The position numbers and the translations under genes were made by a program. Below are positions 61,093-64,000 of a DNA stretch of 64,000 bases, piece after piece. The DNA lies in contig JBDRRP010000064.1 in the NCBI GenBank assembly GCA_043825735.1, positions 1-64,000 of the forward strand, read 5' to 3'. Within the stretch, counting starts at the first letter, position 1. The number at the start of each line of letters is the position of its first letter. The notes below the pieces were generated by a model, which saw nothing but the letters and a program-made list of their open reading frames with translations, ran no database searches and had not been told where the DNA came from. The stretch is from Pseudomonadota bacterium (GTDB taxonomy: Bacteria > Desulfobacterota > Desulfobacteria > Desulfobacterales > JBDRRP01).

Positions 61093-62600
61093 AACTAAGT
61101 GATTTTCCAAAGGATGTACAACCCCATCTGATCCCTGCCCCCGCCGGCCATCTGAGCTATCGCTGTTTAGGCTGCCAGTTGACCGCGGATATCGACCGAC
61201 TGCTCTATGTCTGCCCCGACTGCGGCAGCGTATTATTGATCGAGGATGAATCCTTCGATCGCCTGAAGGAAATCCCGGGCCCGCTGTGGCATCGCATTTT
61301 CGACCACCGGAAGATGACATCAGAAACGGCCCTGAAGGGTATTTACCGCTATCATGAATTCATCGGACCGGTGATGCCGCTAAATGCCATCGTCTACCTG
61401 GGTGAAGGCCACACACCGATGATCGCCGCCAACACGCCGCTTCAGCAGCAGGTTGGCATGCCATTTTACTTTAAAAACGACGGACAGAATCCGAGCGCCT
61501 CATTCAAAGACCGCGGGATGGCCAGCGCGCTGAGCTATATCAATTTTCTGCTCACCACCGGCAGCCTCTCGAAGGTGTTGGCCGTCTGCGCTTCCACTGG
61601 AGACACGTCGGCAGCAGCTGCCCTCTACGGCGCGTACCTCCAGCCTCATGTCACCTCGGCGGTGCTGCTGCCCCACGGCAAGGTCACCCCGCAACAGCTC
61701 TCGCAACCGCTGGGCAGCGGCGCCAGCGTTTTTGAAATCCCCGGGGTGTTTGATGACTGCATGAAAATCGTTGAGCGGCTCTCGGAGACCTACACGGTAG
61801 CGCTGCTCAACTCCAAGAACGCATGGCGTATTCTCGGGCAGGAGTCCTACTCATACGAGATTGCCCAGGATTTTGAATACCGCCTCGAAGACAAGGTCGT
61901 TGTGGTCCCCATCGGTAATGCCGGCAACATCACGGCGGTCATGAACGGTTTTATCAAGTTCTACCGCACGGGCATCATTACAGCGCTGCCCAAAATCATC
62001 GGCGTCCAATCCGCCCATGCTGATCCGGTCTACCGATACTATCAGGAGCCCGATGCCAAACGGCGCCGGTTCTCACCGGTCCATGTCAAGCCTAGCACGG
62101 CCCAGGCCGCCATGATCGGCAACCCGGTCTCCATGCCCCGGGTCATCCATCTGGCTCAAGAATACGAACGGTTGGCCGGCGGGCGCCGCATGTTTGTCGT
62201 TCAGGTGCGCGAGCAGGACATCATGGACTGGCAACTTCGGGCCAACCGCAACGGGCATGTGGCCTGCACCCACGGTGGGGAATGCCTTGCCGGTCTGATC
62301 AAAGCCCGGGAAGCCGGGATGATCGATCCGGGCGAATCCGCGATCCTCGATGCCACGGCCCATGCCATCAAGTTTTCAGGCTTTCAAGACATGTATTTCA
62401 ACGATGCGATGCCCGACGCTTACGAGGTGGTGCCAAACCCGGCGCTCGTCAACAAACCTGAGCTGGTGCGCCCCACCGACGGGTCACCGATCCCCACGCC
62501 CGAAACCCCGCTCGCCGATGCGGCGCTGGAGCACTACGTGACCCAGATTTCCGGTATCATCGCTCAGCGGCTGGCTCTGAGTAAACAGCCGCCGGGGTAG
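61089..62600 (+). CDS. thrC: Threonine synthase
   Basis: Start ATG 61089 (ATGA overlap with serS). N-terminal CxxC...[29 protein letters not shown] and VPIGNAGN. Confidence 0.92.
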   Translation: MKLSDFPKDVQPHLIPAPAGHLSYRCLGCQLTADIDRLLYVCPDCGSVLLIEDESFDRLKEIPGPLWHRIFDHRKMTSETALKGIYRYHEFIGPVMPLNAIVYLGEGHTPMIAANTPLQQQVGMPFYFKNDGQNPSASFKDRGMASALSYINFLLTTGSLSKVLAVCASTGDTSAAAALYGAYLQPHVTSAVLLPHGKVTPQQLSQPLGSGASVFEIPGVFDDCMKIVERLSETYTVALLNSKNAWRILGQESYSYEIAQDFEYRLEDKVVVVPIGNAGNITAVMNGFIKFYRTGIITALPKIIGVQSAHADPVYRYYQEPDAKRRRFSPVHVKPSTAQAAMIGNPVSMPRVIHLAQEYERLAGGRRMFVVQVREQDIMDWQLRANRNGHVACTHGGECLAGLIKAREAGMIDPGESAILDATAHAIKFSGFQDMYFNDAMPDAYEVVPNPALVNKPELVRPTDGSPIPTPETPLADAALEHYVTQISGIIAQRLALSKQPPG

Positions 62601-62704
62601 TATTGCGGCCATCGGCAGCGCCCAGAGGCGCTTTGCCAACTTCAGGACCATTCGCTTTTCGATCCCAAGCGAGGGTTCTCAGCAAAAATAAAAGGCCATA
62701 TTGG

Positions 62705-64000
62705 ATGCCTCTTTTGAGTAGACGAAAATGCACAATGGCCGCAGCAGTTGTCGTACTATCGGCTTGCCTGCTGTGGCCGCCGACCGCCCGCACCGCCCTT
62801 GTGTATAAAAACTACATCGTCCAGCAGGACAGCGGGATGGACATCCTTTGCGCCCCCTATACGGTGCAGCCGGGCGACTGGGTCATCAAAGTCCTCAAAC
62901 TGAGAGGCGAAATCGCGTCCCAGGATTTCCCCTACTTCCTTCAGATCTTCGCCCGCATCAACCCGCACGTCAAAGACGTGAACCGGATTCGCCCGGGCCA
63001 GCAAATCTTTATCCCCTTGCGGGAGATGCCCACGGGCACATACCCGGCTCAGCAAAGCGGTCTGGTGACGATCCCCTTTGTGGATTTATCATCCAAGGCC
63101 ACTGTTTCTCTGGAAGCCGCAGCAGCCTACCGTGTCCGCCCCCGGGACAGCATATCCAAACTGGTGGCGAGCCGGTATGGACGCTATGGCAGCGCCGACT
63201 ATCAAGAAGGCATCAGACAGCTCCAAGCCCTCAATCCCCAAATCAAGGACCTGGATCTCATTTTCGTAGATCAAGTGATTTTTTTACCGACACAGCGGTC
63301 TCGGTCCGCACCCGTCGAAGTGCTGGCCAGCGCACCCGTCACCACCCGCGCCATTCCCAGAACGCCGGCCCCGTTGAAAAAGGATTTTGGTGACGGCCCG
63401 GGAGGCGGATCATCTGACGAAAGATCAGCGCCGTCGGATGTATCGCCCTTGTCTGAGGCCGCCGCCATGATGGAGGCCAGCCTTTTGGACAAGGGCACCT
63501 ATATCTTCCCCGGTGACAACAACCGCGCTGTGCGCATCGATTTATCGAAGACCCCGGTGATTGACCTGCCAGAAGGTCAAAAGATTTTGCTTTCAGGTGA
63601 AAAACCAATTGAAGACGCGGATCTCGCCGCGATCAAAACACAGTGGAAGCACTTTCGCCAGCTTAAGCTGCCGGCCAACGCATCCTTGGAACAGGTCCTC
63701 GACGCCGTGCTGGATACCCCCGAGAAGGGCGCTCCGCGTCAGAAAACCGTCCAGCTGAGCACCGGCGGAGCGACATTCAGTATTCGCCCCAAATGGCTGC
63801 TGAACGGCCCGGATACGGAAATGAACCCCATCCGGCACATCTGCATCACCCCCATTGATACCGGCGACCAACGGACCCCGTCGGGGGTGGTGCGATTTTT
63901 AGCCGGTCATGGCATCCGCATTCGAGAGGTCATCCGTGGCGGGACCAGCACCGCCGGCCGGACACCGGCTCAGCCACAACACTCCCGGCAGTCGACAACC
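62705..64000 (+). CDS. Exported LysM-domain protein (runs off the window end; absent from the ORF track)
   Basis: Open frame from ATG 62705 to the window end, with a signal-like segment, YTVQPGDWV...INP.V.D.N.I.PGQ.IFIP and YRVRPRDSISK...LNP.I.D.DLI. Confidence 0.85.
   Translation, partial: MPLLSRRKCTMAAAVVVLSACLLWPPTARTALVYKNYIVQQDSGMDILCAPYTVQPGDWVIKVLKLRGEIASQDFPYFLQIFARINPHVKDVNRIRPGQQIFIPLREMPTGTYPAQQSGLVTIPFVDLSSKATVSLEAAAAYRVRPRDSISKLVASRYGRYGSADYQEGIRQLQALNPQIKDLDLIFVDQVIFLPTQRSRSAPVEVLASAPVTTRAIPRTPAPLKKDFGDGPGGGSSDERSAPSDVSPLSEAAAMMEASLLDKGTYIFPGDNNRAVRIDLSKTPVIDLPEGQKILLSGEKPIEDADLAAIKTQWKHFRQLKLPANASLEQVLDAVLDTPEKGAPRQKTVQLSTGGATFSIRPKWLLNGPDTEMNPIRHICITPIDTGDQRTPSGVVRFLAGHGIRIREVIRGGTSTAGRTPAQPQHSRQSTT

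Overview
A GC-rich bacterial chromosomal window. Its gene content and repeat types suggest an anaerobic Desulfobacterota (Desulfobacterales-like) genome; this is an inference. Left to right it holds: (1) the edge of a chromosomal integron, with intI and an AT-rich cassette gene lying downstream of it in the same orientation; (2) a B12-binding radical SAM gene and an AAA ATPase sitting between decayed repeats; (3) an OmpR-type two-component system followed by a secreted, Met-rich MsrAB; (4) an AI-2E transporter and phoA; (5) a sigma54-driven divergent sulfur-oxyanion locus with a Tat-less PhsA/PsrA-type molybdoenzyme, Fe-S and FAD/NAD(P)H subunits, CBS protein, diguanylate cyclase, TauE transporter, kinase and NtrC-type activator; (6) a cyclophilin and a stand-alone RlmK-like methyltransferase; (7) a furan-fatty-acid-like cluster (UfaD-like, fused DUF1365-Cfa, SRPBCC-SDR, chalcone-isomerase-like, GPH-family MFS); (8) a nitrogen-control island (DUF169, a REC-NrtA-CheW fusion, ptsP, glnB, glnD, amtB, glnK, glnA); (9) an output-less Zn-ribbon/Cache/HAMP sensor; (10) an aro-tyrA operon preceded by an unannotated Tyr/Phe-rich leader peptide and a two-terminator attenuator; (11) fau, serS, thrC and a LysM protein cut off by the window end. 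No rRNA, tRNA or CRISPR array was seen. Best leads are the relay-type double-terminator attenuator, the REC-NrtA-CheW fusion, the furan-lipid cluster in an apparent anaerobe, the cytoplasmic Mo-enzyme complex and the unusual integron geometry. All calls come from reading motifs by eye; no database searches were run.
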